Source of the DNA: Eledone cirrhosa
Taxonomy: Eukaryota
DNA length: 64,000 nucleotides
Direction: 5' to 3'
NCBI GenBank assembly: GCA_964016885.1
Contig: OZ024750.1
Location: 15,562,001 to 15,626,000 of the forward strand
Shown here in pieces: positions 26,564 through 40,285 of this stretch. Position numbers and translations under genes: made by a program. Position 1 is the first letter of the stretch. Every line of letters begins with the position of its first letter. The notes beneath the pieces are model-generated. The model did no database searches. It was not told the origin of the DNA and saw only the letters and a program-made list of their open reading frames with translations.

Positions 26564-29500
26564 CTAACAAGAAGAAATTACTCAATGCTAATAATAGAAT
26601 TAGATATGATCTTTATACAGCAGTACTTTATATACACAAATTTGTTATGTAAGGTTCATGGACAGGCTGTTGGTTTGAACTCTCATAGAGTACAAACTTT
26701 TCTGTGCTCTTTATTAAACTTAAACAGTAAATTTGTAAAATGACTACTCTTGAGAAGCCATTTTAACTTTACAGGATGAATGGAGAGCCTGAAAAAAATG
26801 TGTACTCTATGAGAGTTTAAATCATGACCTGACATGTTTTATGTATGGTATGTATGGTCCTATAACTCTTGTGGGAGCTGTAGGGGTGCTGCATTGACAT
26901 ACAGCATTTCTAGGGCATTTTTTAAGCCTGGCTGAACCCATCTCCTTTCTAGTACTGTAAAAAGATTATATGTAAGTAGTATTTGAAAGACTAAATATTT
27001 TAGTAAACAACAATATCAATAACAATAATAATAACAATTATTATTGAGGGTGGTTAACAAAATAAGTTAGTGTGACAAACAATATACCTTCTCATTTTTA
27101 TTGATTTTTCTTTATTATTCTGAGTTAGAATCTTGCCGGGGTTGATTTTGCTTCAGGGTTAGTAAAATAGGTATTAATTTTATATTGGGATTTAATTTAA
27201 GTAATTATACCATTTTTTAAATATATATATAAAATGTGGTCCTGTGTCTATATTATTATTATTATTATTATTTTTAATATCATTATCAATATTATTAGGA
27301 TAGTGGATTGGCAGAATTGTTAGAGCATTCAACAAAATACCTTGCAGTATTTTTTTTTACATCTAAAAAGCTCTTTTCCTTCAAAGGAATGATCAATCCT
27401 GAATTATCAGATATCCTCCTTCTCATAACATACAAACTTATCAAAACTCATGAACTTCCCCAAATTATGTTCAATAAGGCTTTAATTAATAGTAGGTAGT
27501 AGATTCAATTTTAACCTTTTTGATAACAACCTGCCCTGGTTCTATGATACAAAATTGCCTATTTTCAAGTGTTCATATTTATATTAAAAGCTTCCATCAA
27601 CATTTTTTAAAGAAATTTTTGTTCAGTAATGAATCAATTAGCAGCTTATTAATCAAAATGTTAGTTATTTTATTAAGTTTCTCCATTTTTTAAAAATATT
27701 TTCAAAATTAATTGAAACATACAGGCAGTGTATTTCATTAAAAATATGGCAATGAGGTTAAGAAGTGAAATGAAAGAATACTTTTATATTCAAATTTATA
27801 CTTTTGGTTGCATTCCTACATAAAACTATATTTCAGATTTTTGGAAGAATGAATTAAAAAAAAAAATCCCACTTGATTTTATTCCTAAAATTGTATCTTT
27901 TGGTCTGATATGAATTTTGATTTCACTGAATGTAGTTTAGTTTTTATTTGTATCTATAGAGGGTTCTTTTCACAATATTACTACAATTGCAGTTGTACCC
28001 CTATAAAACTCTGAGGAGTTAATCTTTAGTGAAATAAACCCTCACCTTTGAAATATACAGATGTCCAAAAATATGCAGGAAATATATCTAAAAATATACT
28101 CATGAGAGAATACTGTGTATACAAAACAACTGTCATGGCAGCTTATGTATTTAATTTGATCAACAAATATATTATTATGCATTTGTTTAAATGAATAGAT
28201 CACTATCAGTATCATCATCATTGTTTTATGTCTATTTTTCATGCTTACATCTTGCATGGATTAGACAGGTTGTCGCGTTCTGAAGCTAGATAAGTCAGAT
28301 GACTGCGTCCAACTCTTACGTTCTATTCTGACATGGTTTCTATGGCTGGATATCTTTCCTAACATTAACCACTTTGTGGTGTATAGGATATAAACATTTT
28401 TTTCATTATCACTAATATATTTTGCTGAAGTAAGATTCAACAATTCTAAGCAGTCTGCTAGAATTATGATAATGTGACAATTTTTCATGACTTTAAAATG
28501 CCACTTATAGCTAGCTAGAAACTAAACAGTACTGTACCAGCATCACAGACAAAAAAAAAGCTACACAGATGATAATAATTAACCATAGATATATTCAGAT
28601 TAGCATGGGTTTGTTTTTAAATAAATTAGTTGAAAACAAGAATTTTTGTTGTATGTTTTTCTTTTTTGTATTCATTGCTGATGTGTTGAGTAAGGTAACC
28701 CCTCTCAATGCTGCTTAAATAAAACCTCTCAGTGCTGCTTAAATAGATTTGTGGTTTGAAGGGAGCCAATTAAATAAAGCAGGTTTAGTCAAATATGTAG
28801 TTCCCATTTGTTGTGGAAGATTTGGTTACTATATTGAATAGGTTTAATAAGTTAACTAACTACACAGAAATTCTCTCATAAGTTTGTTATTTTTCTGTCT
28901 TTACTATAAGTTGATGCAACTAATTGCCAACAGGCTTATAATGCTTAAGTTAAGCTAAAACCAAATTCAAATATTCATATTTTTTTAACAGAATGATATG
29001 ATCTGAGGGAGATTTAGCTGCAATTTCTAGCAGATTGAGCTACACATAAAGGGAATGATTATAGCTGGAATGCCTTTGATCATAGGCTTGCTGCTTGAGG
29101 TTAAACAATAATTGTTTCTACTTTTGACAATAATGACAACTCTCCAGAGTTAAGTCAGAAGAATTTTATAATTTTGCCAACAAGAAAGTACAATTCCAAT
29201 GATAAACTAAAAACCCATAAAATATATTTACCTTAGGCACCATCTGTATAGAAAAACAATAGTTAAGTTGATGTTAACATATTTAATGAAGGAAGCATCA
29301 AAAAGCTAACTTCAAAAAAATGTGGTGAGGAAAAAAGAAAACAATATTAGCCATTGACTAATATTGTTTTGATTATTTGTGAAGTATATACTTCACTGAT
29401 GAGATTTAATAAGATGAAAATATGACTAGAGTTATCCCCTGTACTTGCTATACATTTTTTTGGTTAACATTTTGATGTCCGCTAGTTAACTTTTTTGTGT

Positions 29501-31142
29501 TATAGATTTTTAGTTAAGTTAGTGTTAATTTTGTGTTAACATATTGAAAGCTGGGAGCATCAAAAAGTTAACTAAATATTCATAATGGTAAAATTAGTGC
29601 TAACATTTATCAGCTTAATGATCAAATCTAGTCAAGAAAGGCAGGGGAGATAATCCTGAAATTTTATTCAATTATGATTAATTAAATGTAGAATGTGGGC
29701 AATGCAATGGAGAGTAACTTGATACTGGTAGTATGGTAACAACTTTAAATCTTTCCCAGTACTGCCAGACAAAGCTGACTTTAGAATTTTCTGTGAATAA
29801 AAATTCTCAAGCCAAGTTTTCAGCCATGCTTACTATTTTTCATGAATGACAAATGAGATATTAAATTTAGACCAGATACTCTAATGGCTGACTCATTGAT
29901 GTAAAAGGTATATCAATTACTGTTCAGAAATTAACAAAGAATTATCACATTTTGAACTGAGACCATTACTAGCTTGTTTAAAACTTATGTTGGATACTTC
30001 ATTGACTAAACAATAATGGCAACCTCCAACAATAGTTATAAAGGATATATTCAGTTTTGTTATTCTTGCCAAAAGCCTGTTCATTCATATAATACTTTGG
30101 TCAGATATGTCTGCTAGTCATTGGCTGTTGCTATATGAACTTTACTGTATTTGTAACTATGATACATGGAACTGTCTGGAACAAAATCAATAATATAGAT
30201 CCATATAGCTTTCGTGACTAAAATGTGGACCAACAGTTGTAAAATTAATAGGATCATAGCATGATATTTAAGCTCTTAAATTTTGCTCTTTTCTTTCCTT
30301 TTTAATTTAATATTAAATTTCAATTTATATTAATTGCTCTTCTTTTTACAATATATTGTTTCATCGTTGTGTTTTCATTTACCAAACTATTTTATTTTTC
30401 AATGGAGTTCCAAAATTCCCAAGTCTTGCTGAAGGTTACATTGTATATTTTATGGTCTATTATTATTATTATGAAAATAAACCATATCTTTGAATCTTGT
30501 TGAGAAATTAACAGAACAAACTGTTCTAAAAATAATCAGGTGATAAATGAGATACTTGTAAATAGTTGCTTCTTTTTTATGGGCACATTGGGCGGATATT
30601 AATGAAGTGAGTAAGTAGGGCAGCCATGAATATGTAGGAATCAAACAAACATGATGATATATATATATATATAACCATTATGTGGATAAACATGATAAAA
30701 ATACGAGTGAAAATATCAGCTGCCATACAATGATGGATTAAAATGGTGGATGATAACACTTTAAAAGAGTGAAAATTATGTTTGTTTTCTTGACAAGGGC
30801 ATTTCCAATCAATATGATAGGGTACGAGGTCACCAGTATTACAGAATCGTGTTAGCAACACATCAGTGTTGCTTCAGGAATTACTATATAAAAGGCCTTG
30901 AAGACTAATAAATATTTCCAAGAATACAAAAATGTCTACAAATTTGTGTGGATGCTTGTATGTGTAAAAATCAGAAATTTTTAACAGCATTGAAGGCAAC
31001 CAATTCAATATTAATGAAATTCTAAATTCAACATACTCTTGTATAACAATCTAAAAAGGTAAGTTTTGATTAAAAATAAAAAAACAACCTAAAATCTCTG
31101 TCTCTTGTAGACCAATATTATTAAGAACAATTGTTCCAACTA

Positions 31143-31244
31143 ATGTATATATGCATGTGTATATATATATATGTATATGTATATATACATATATATATAG
31201 TTATATATATATACATATGTATCTATATATATATAGAGAGAGAG

Positions 31245-31287
<43 letters not shown>

Positions 31288-31728
31288 TATATACATATAT
31301 ATGTATCTCTATATATATAGTTATATATACATACATAGTTATATATACATACATATATATATATATATATATGCATGTATATATATATATGTATAGATAC
31401 ATATGTATGTATATATAACTATATATATATATATATATAGTTATATATACATACATATGCATATATATACATGTATATATATATATATATACATACATGT
31501 ATATATATACATGTATATATATATATAGTTATATATACATACACATGTATAAATATATATACATGTATATATATATATAGTTATATATACATACATATGT
31601 ATATATATATACATGTATATATATATAGTTATATATACATACATATGTATATATATATATATATATAGTTATATATACATATGTGTATATATATATAGTT
31701 ATATATACATACATATGTATATATATAT

Positions 31729-31760
<32 letters not shown>

Positions 31761-31917
31761 AGTTATATATACATACATATGTATATATATATATATATAC
31801 ATGTATATATATATACATATACCAATATATATACATATGCATACTTATAAATATATATATATATAAATATATAAATATATATATATATATAGGTGTATAG
31901 GTATGCCGGGTGAGCAC

Positions 31918-31974
<57 letters not shown>
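31143..31974. repeat. Long compound (TA)n microsatellite
   Basis: Seen directly, with a recurring tatagttatatatacatacatatg subunit. Confidence 0.95.
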
Positions 31975-31977
<3 letters not shown>

Positions 31978-32127
31978 TTAGTTAAGCAAAACAAGACCAC
32001 AAATTTCACAAGGAAGCCATTATTAAAAGATTGTCAACATATTTTAGTTTATATTCCTTTAGTTCCAATGAGCCACTCTGTTTTTAAATATGTTAATTAT
32101 ATTCAACTGAACCAGATCAATAATGAT

Positions 32128-32548
32128 ATAATAATAATAATAATGATAATAATAATGAAATTATTGTGTACAGTGCTCAGGTGCACTACAACTCATCAAA
32201 GGTGCATGTATAGTACATAGAATAATGTACAAATGTCAGGAAAATAAACAGTGTATGAGTCATGATATAATAACAATAACAATAATGAAATATTGTGCAC
32301 AGTGCCCAGGTGCACCACAACCCATCAAAAAAGTGCATGTACAGTACATAGGGCAATGCACAAACATCAGTAAAATGAACAGTGCACACATGTGTGCATG
32401 TGTATGGAAGGGGCACATCAGGTGTAGTTTTGGCGTATTTCGGGAAGCATGAATGTCTTAAAGGATGCAGTGTCTCGGCAGCTAACAATTGACGCAGGCA
32501 GTTTGTTCCATGTTTCAGCAACTCTGAGCGTGAAAAAATGTCTGTGAA
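32128..32548 (-). mobile_element. CR1-like LINE 3' fragment
   Basis: Near-identical to 4721-5135 and encodes HFFTLRVAETWNKLP. Confidence 0.9.
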
Positions 32549-33015
32549 AAAATATATAGTCATCTGATCCAGAAATATTATATGGAGTAGCGAAAGAATT
32601 GTAAACGGACATCCCGCCGAGGTTGACTTTGCTTTTCATCCTTACGGGGTCAATAAAATAAAGTACCAGTAATGAACAGGTGAAATTGCTGGCCCTGTGC
32701 CTAAAGTAGAAACAATTATTATTAATATTATTATCATTATTCTCTACATTCCTTACATCAAACTAAAATATGTTGACAATCTTTTAAAAATGTCTTCCTT
32801 GTGAAATTTGTGGTCTTGTTTTGCTTAACTAATGAATATTTCCAGCTCGGCACTCCTAACTTCTGCATGAACCCAGCCACCTAGCTGCTTTCTACTGCAT
32901 ATTACACATTGAGCACATGAACTTACGCTTTGGCTTCTAACTAATTCACCAATCTCTCCTCTTCTATCTCCTCTCCTATCTCCATCTCTCTCTTTAAGAT
33001 TGGTTACTCTTGAAC

Positions 33016-33016
<1 letters not shown>

Positions 33017-33046
<30 letters not shown>

Positions 33047-33527
33047 TTATAAGTATGCATATGTATGTATATATATTTGTATATGTATATATATATATGT
33101 ATGTATATATATATATGTACATTTATATATGTACACATATGTATGTATCTATAACTATATATAAATATATATATATATGTACATATATATATATACATAT
33201 GTATCTATAACTATATATAAATACATATACAAATATATACAATATATATGTATATGTATAGATATATATATATATATATACATATATATAGATATATATG
33301 TATATATATATAGATATATATATACATATACGTATATATATATACATATATATACATATATATATATATACATATACATATATATAGATATATATATACA
33401 TATATATAGATATATATATACATATATATAGATATATATATATACATATATATAGATATATATATACATATATATAGATATATATATACATATACATATA
33501 TATAGATATATATATATACAAATATAT

Positions 33528-33559
<32 letters not shown>

Positions 33560-33802
33560 CAAATATATACAATATATATATATATATATATACACAAATA
33601 TATACAATATATATATATATACAAATATATACAACATATATATATATACAAATATATACAACATATATATATATACATATATACAAATATATACAATATA
33701 TATATATATTGTATATATTTGTATATATGTATATATATAACATGCTAGTGTGGAAGATGGACGTTAAACGAAGATGATGATATATACATACACATATACA
33801 AA

Positions 33803-33839
<37 letters not shown>

Positions 33840-33853
33840 TACACATATATATA
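33017..33853. repeat. Long compound (TA)n microsatellite
   Basis: Seen directly. Confidence 0.95.
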
Positions 33854-33959
33854 ATCAGTTCCAACAGTGGCATCCGCATATACGGATACTTAAATTTCAA
33901 CGAATTTCACACCACCTCATTCATTCTGATCGCAGAATGGCAGACTGAATGAGTTAGTT

Positions 33960-34358
33960 AAATCCAATGAAACTTAAGTATCCATCCTGGCAACTGACTT
34001 GGTAAACACCCACAAAATTATTAACCATCTTGCCAACAACAACACTGAGTGCCTTTTCGATTTCCATGTGTCTAACACACGTGGACATGCCCACAAAGTA
34101 AGAAAACAGCACAGTTCCCATGACTTTCGGAAACATTTTTTCACGCTCAGGGTTGCTGAAGCATGGAACAAACTACCTGCATCAGTTGTTAGCTGTCGAG
34201 ACACTGCATCCTTTAAGGCCTCCATGCTTCCCGAGATCCGCCAACACTACAGCTAACACATACAAACATGTACTTCCCTGACATTTGTGTATTATTCTAT
34301 GTACTATATTGACGAGTTGTAGTGCACCTGAGCACTTTACACAATAATTTCATTATTT
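33960..34358 (+). mobile_element. CR1-like LINE 3' fragment
   Basis: ORF 33999-34256 (NTRGHAHKVRKQHS...FFTLRVAEAWNKLP) is homologous to the C-terminus of 5007-6056. Confidence 0.9.
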
Positions 34359-34546
34359 CATACCAGTGTTGTAACAGATTATATATAACTCATCTCATGG
34401 ACTTATACCAAGTTTGTACCAACCAGGAGATACCATATCTATGATGGACGACATGGATGACATTGAGTGCGTTTGCTTATTGCATTATGGTCACTAGATC
34501 TATTCATTAGTTAAAATATGTAACGTAAAAGGATTTTAAATAAATA

Positions 34547-34551
<5 letters not shown>

Positions 34552-34589
<38 letters not shown>

Positions 34590-34660
34590 ATATATATATA
34601 TATTTTAAATAAATATATATATATATATAGATTTTAAATAAATAAACAAATATATATATG

Positions 34661-34695
<35 letters not shown>

Positions 34696-34750
34696 GTGTG
34701 TATATATATATATATGTGTATATATATATATATATATGTGTATATATATA

Positions 34751-34795
<45 letters not shown>

Positions 34796-34879
34796 AATTA
34801 GAATCGTATTACGTGTGCATACTTACATTTACCATCATCATCATCGTTTAACGTCCACATTCCACGCTTGCATTATATA

Positions 34880-34965
<86 letters not shown>

Positions 34966-35000
34966 ATAAACTATATATATATATATAAATATATGTATAA
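34552..35000. repeat. (TA)n/(CA)n microsatellite
   Basis: Seen directly. Confidence 0.95.
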
Positions 35001-35470
35001 AGGTGAAATCCAGAACTAGAGGAAAATAATAACTTTTTTGTTAGTACAATTTCTAAAACTTACAATATAATAAGAAGAGGGTCTACTGGGAAAGCTACTT
35101 TGGAGTAGGGAGTGTCATAACATTCATTACAAGGAATATTTTAAGACAATCTTAGGAGGATATGAAAAAAATGATGACCTAGAACACAAGTGAATAATGT
35201 GATAATTGAGCAAATATATAACATTAAGTAAATTAACGAGTAACGACTTTGAAAAATTTCATTTTCCCAGAGTATTATGATAATTGGAAAAAAATGATTC
35301 CACATGTATCAATCAAACAGCAGTTTATTCTGTAGTCTATGAAGCACAAAGTTTACTAAAGACCATCTTTTACCCTTAACAATAGACTTTAAGGGCTCAT
35401 ATGTAATGTGACAGATCTGGAAAGAAGGAGACAAAAACCCATTGAAGATATAGAATAAAAGTATTCGGTA

Positions 35471-36352
35471 TTATTTGACGGTCGAAGGCTTTTGGTACTC
35501 TATATCGCTTTCACTGTCATCATTGAGACTTACAAGTGTTTGGCCATTGGTTCCTGTATGAATTAAGCGCTTCATAATCATATCATCATCACCATAAGAA
35601 ATACCTCGACCTTTTTGATAGCAGCTGACAATAGCTCCAAACATTAGGATTATGATAAAGCAGGCAATACTGTGCCAAGTAAAGTATATAGTGGCTAGCA
35701 TCATTTGATTATGGTCATCCTTCTTCCATGGAGTTGCACCTGGAAAAGGATTATACAGTATGAAGCCAACTTGCCAGAACCAAGTTCCCTGTAACATTAC
35801 AAAATAAGTTCTTGCAAGAGGGGCCAAAACATTATGTCGAAATTTCATTTCAATAAAAGCCGAGATTAAACTGGCAACAATAACATAGATAAGAAGCATA
35901 TGCACAAGCACATCAAGTTCTGCTCTTCCATGAAGATGGAATCTAAATAACACAAGCTCAATTGTAAAAGCCAATATATTAGCAATGTAGTCAACATCTG
36001 TTGGAAGAGGTGCTTTAAAATATAAGAGTAGTTCAACAACACCTGATAAACCAAAGGCAAAAAACATTGTTGCATGCTGGCCATTTCCCAAAATAATATA
36101 TGGTCCAGGTCGCAAGCCTGTTATTATTTCCCCACTAAAACCAATTATAACTAAAACAATTTTCATTATAGATTCTAGAGGCCATTTCTTCAGTCGACCA
36201 CACAAACATGTGCATGGAAAAGTCACTGTGGATGTAAAGCGCGCATTTCTTTTGCGACACTGAAAATACCGATTGAAAATTTGTACTGTGTACCAGAAGG
36301 CAAATAGCAGGAAGAATGTTCCTGGAAGGGCATGTCCAGCAAAGGTTCCCAT
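35471..36352 (-). CDS. TMEM45: Transmembrane protein 45 family (DUF716; TMEM45B-like), 293 aa, single coding exon
   Basis: N-terminal MGTFAGHALPGTFF, QHATMFFAFGLSGVV, FRFHLHGR..LD..VH.LL, LQGTWFWQVGFILY and FTWH, with multiple hydrophobic helices. A probable splice acceptor ttttcttatatttcag lies at about 36399. Confidence 0.9.
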   Translation of the reverse strand: MGTFAGHALPGTFFLLFAFWYTVQIFNRYFQCRKRNARFTSTVTFPCTCLCGRLKKWPLESIMKIVLVIIGFSGEIITGLRPGPYIILGNGQHATMFFAFGLSGVVELLLYFKAPLPTDVDYIANILAFTIELVLFRFHLHGRAELDVLVHMLLIYVIVASLISAFIEMKFRHNVLAPLARTYFVMLQGTWFWQVGFILYNPFPGATPWKKDDHNQMMLATIYFTWHSIACFIIILMFGAIVSCYQKGRGISYGDDDMIMKRLIHTGTNGQTLVSLNDDSESDIEYQKPSTVK

Positions 36353-37220
36353 TATACTTTTCAGTGTCTGCTATGAGATATTGACGCAGTATCACAATCT
36401 GAAATATAAGAAAAAATGTACAAATATCTTAAGAAAAAATACTTGAAACAAAAAATGTAATACTTATAAGAAGAAGAAAAAGAAGAAAAAGAAGAAAAAG
36501 AAGAAAAAGAAGAAAAATAAAAATAATAATAAGAAGAACAACAACAACAAAATCTAATTTCTCTGACAGAGACAAAGAGTGCATGATGCAGATGAAAAAT
36601 AACAGGTGCCAAAAAAAAAAAAAAATTAGTTTATACATTGTACTTTGCTGGAACGGAACATACATGCAATGGTGGTGTACTAAAACACTCAGGTTTTCTA
36701 AATATCCTGGAATTTTCTGACACACCTAAAGATATTGCAAACACACCTGTAATCTATTATATATGGCACACAGATGTCATGGCACAGTGGAGTAAAATAG
36801 CAACTGACATCAGGTTCATTAGTAAAATAAGGTTTAAAAGATTAGCAAAGACTGATTACCTAAGATTACACCCAATTCTTTCCAAACAAATATCCCGTGA
36901 AAGTGAGAGGAAAATATAAATAATTGATACATCATATCTCAAAATGGTTTCCTAAGTATTCTGTTTGGCATGAATAAAACATGTAAAATACAGACATACC
37001 CACACACAAGAGCACAGACATACACACACACATGAGCACAGACACACACATGAGCACAGACACACATGAGCACACACACACACAGATGAGCACACATACA
37101 CACAACCTTCCCTACAAACACACACATAAACACATGTACATCCCTCCCTATATACACACACATTCTTCTCTACAAACATGTACATCCTTCCCACACACAC
37201 ATCCCTCCCAACAAACATGC

Positions 37221-37920
37221 ACACACATCCTTCCCTACACACAGACACACAAATACACCCATATCCCTCTATCATACACACACACCTCACCCTACAGTTA
37301 CACACACATCTTTCTCCACAACACACACATCCTTCCCTACACACAGACACACAAATACACCCATATCCCTCTATCATACACACACCTCACCCTACAGTTA
37401 CACACACATATTTCTCCACAACACACACATCCTTCCCTACACACAGACACACAAATACACCCATATCCCTCTATCATACACACACCTCACCCTACAGTTA
37501 CACACACATCTTTCTCCACAACACACACATCCTTCCCTACACACAGACACACAAACACACCCATATCCCTCTATCATACACACACCTCACCCTACAGTTA
37601 CGCACACATCTTTAACCACAACACACACACACACATCCTTCCCTACACACAAACACACCCATATCCCTCTATCATACACACACCTCACCCTACAGTTACA
37701 CACACATCTTTCTCCACAACACACACATCCTTCCCTACACACAGACACACAAATACACCCATATCCCTCTATCATACACACACCTCACCCTACAGTTACA
37801 CACACATCTTTCTCCACAACACACACATCCTTCCCTACACACAGACACACAAACACACCCATATCCCTCTATCATACACACACCTCACCCTACAGTTACG
37901 CACACATCTTTAACCACAAC
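37221..37920. repeat. CA-rich minisatellite, about 100-bp unit, about 7 copies
   Basis: acacacacatccttccctac recurs at 37321, 37421, 37521 and onward. Confidence 0.9.
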
Positions 37921-38267
37921 ACACACACAAACACACACATATCTCCCTACACACACATCTTTCTCTACAAACACACTTACATCCTTCCCCCCCTACACAC
38001 ACAAACACACACATATCTCTCTACACACACATACACATCTTTCTCTACAAACACACTTACATCCTCCCCCCTACACACACAAACACACATATCCCACATC
38101 ACACCTGACACAAACACACACATATCCCACCTGACGCACACACTATACGTTGATTTAAGGATAGAAATGTTTTTCCATTTTAGTTTTCTATTCAATTAAA
38201 AGGAAATACATCTGTCTTTTTCAACTACTCGTTCTGCTTTGATGAAGACACACTATCAGAAAGTGTC

Positions 38268-38708
38268 TACACACACACACATACACACAGAAAGAGAGAG
38301 ACACACACACACACATATACGTACAGAGAGAGAGATACACAAACACACACACATATATACATACACATATATATATATACAAACACACACACATATAAAC
38401 ACATATATATACACACATAACCCACGCTAGCGTGGAAGATAGATGTTAAACGAGGATGATGATGATATATATACACACACACATATATATATATACAAAC
38501 GCATATATATATATATATACACATATATAAACACATATATACACATAAATATAAATATATACACATACATATATAAACACATATATATATATACACACAC
38601 ACATATACACATGCACACATACATACACATGCACACACACACATATACACATGCACACACACACACATATATATAAATATACATATACACACAAACACAA
38701 ATATACAT
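38268..38708. repeat. (CA)n/(TA)n microsatellite
   Basis: Seen directly. Confidence 0.9.
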
Positions 38709-40099
38709 TATTGTATTGTTCTATAATCTTAATGGTGCATTTCTTTTTGTGTTGTATTTTTTTCTTCATTAAATGTAATTTTCTTCCATAAAGCTGCTAG
38801 AGATTCCTGATCGATATATAAGTCCATGAAACAAAACACTTTGGCAACAAATATTCCATTTAATGTCAGATGAAATGATATGAAAAGAAAGCAAAGAGAA
38901 GTGGCTGGGAAGGAGAAGCTATACTTTTACACAGCATACAGTACAACATTGCTTTATATTGATTTCTATAAATATGAATCACTAACTGTCCTTAGGAAAA
39001 ACGTGAAAGTCACAATTCCCAGTTCTTCCACCTCTAAAGCCAATCACCCACTAACAGATGCCCTATTGTTATATAATCATTGATGATGATTATATAAGGA
39101 GGCATAGACATGTATTCATCATCATCATCGTCCTCATGTCAGTTTTTCCATGCTCGCATGGTTAAGAAATGTCCTTTTCAGCACAGCATCTCTCCACTTG
39201 ACGTGTTACTTTGTCACTTCCTCTGTGAGACTCAGCAAATTGTAATCAGCTCTCACCACCTCAGCCCAGGTCTTCCTTGGTGGTCTACTTTTACTGCAGC
39301 TTCTTTCCACTGGAATTTCATGGTACTTCTTCACCCAGTTATCATCATCATCCATGCACCTCACATACCCGTACCAACACAGTCTTCTCTCGTGCACACC
39401 ACTTCCTCATCATCATCATCATTTTACGTCTGCTTTACCCTGCTTGCAAGGGTGGGATGGGAACTGATTCTGCCTTGATTTCTACAGCTGGATGCCCTTC
39501 CTAACACCAACCTCATTTACAGTGAGTGCTGGGTGCTTTTTTGCCGTGGCACCTACACGACCACTTTGCAGTGGAATGATAGGGACCCTAGTCCTAACAT
39601 CTCATTTCTACAGCTGAGTAAACTGGAGCAATGTGAAATAAAGTGTCTTGCTCAAGGAAACAACACATCACCCTATCTGAGAATTGAACTCACAACCTTT
39701 CGATTGCAAAGCCAATCCTCCAACCACTAAGTCATGCACCTCTGAAAAGACATATGAAAGACATAAAAGAAAAGAAAATAAAGTAAAAATAAGAATAACT
39801 TACATATAAACAATATAAACTTCATATCATATATGTGTGTATGTGTATGTGTGTCTGTGTAACATACAGCACTGTTTTTATGCCTGTCTTTCCATGCTGG
39901 CATAGGTTAGATGACTTTTCTTCAGTATAGTATCTCTCCATTTGTTTCTGTCCTTTGTGAGGTTCAATATCCTGAGATCAGCTTTCACAAGCTGTTATGC
40001 AAACTGGCACCTTAATGTGCAAAATTGCATGCCAGCAAAGTGGCTGATGCAGTAAAGATGCATGTCAGTTTGTCTTATGTAACTATGTGCCTTTTTTGC

Positions 40100-40285
40100 T
40101 GCGGTGGATTGGCAGTATCGGTAGAGAGTCGGATGCCATGCTTTCCAGCATAGTTGCCCCTCTACGGTCTGAGTTCAAATCCCTCCGAGGTTAACTTTCC
40201 CTTTCATCCTTACGGGGTCAATAAAATAAAGTACCAGTAATGCACTGGGTAATTGCTGGCCTTATGCGAAAAGTAGAAACAATTA
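40100..40285 (+). mobile_element. SINE family A
   Basis: Full-length match to 3691-3880. Confidence 0.85.

Noticed and set aside
26304-38769. Many YI/CV/HT-rich ORFs, including 37032-37913
   Set aside because: They are translations of micro- and minisatellites.
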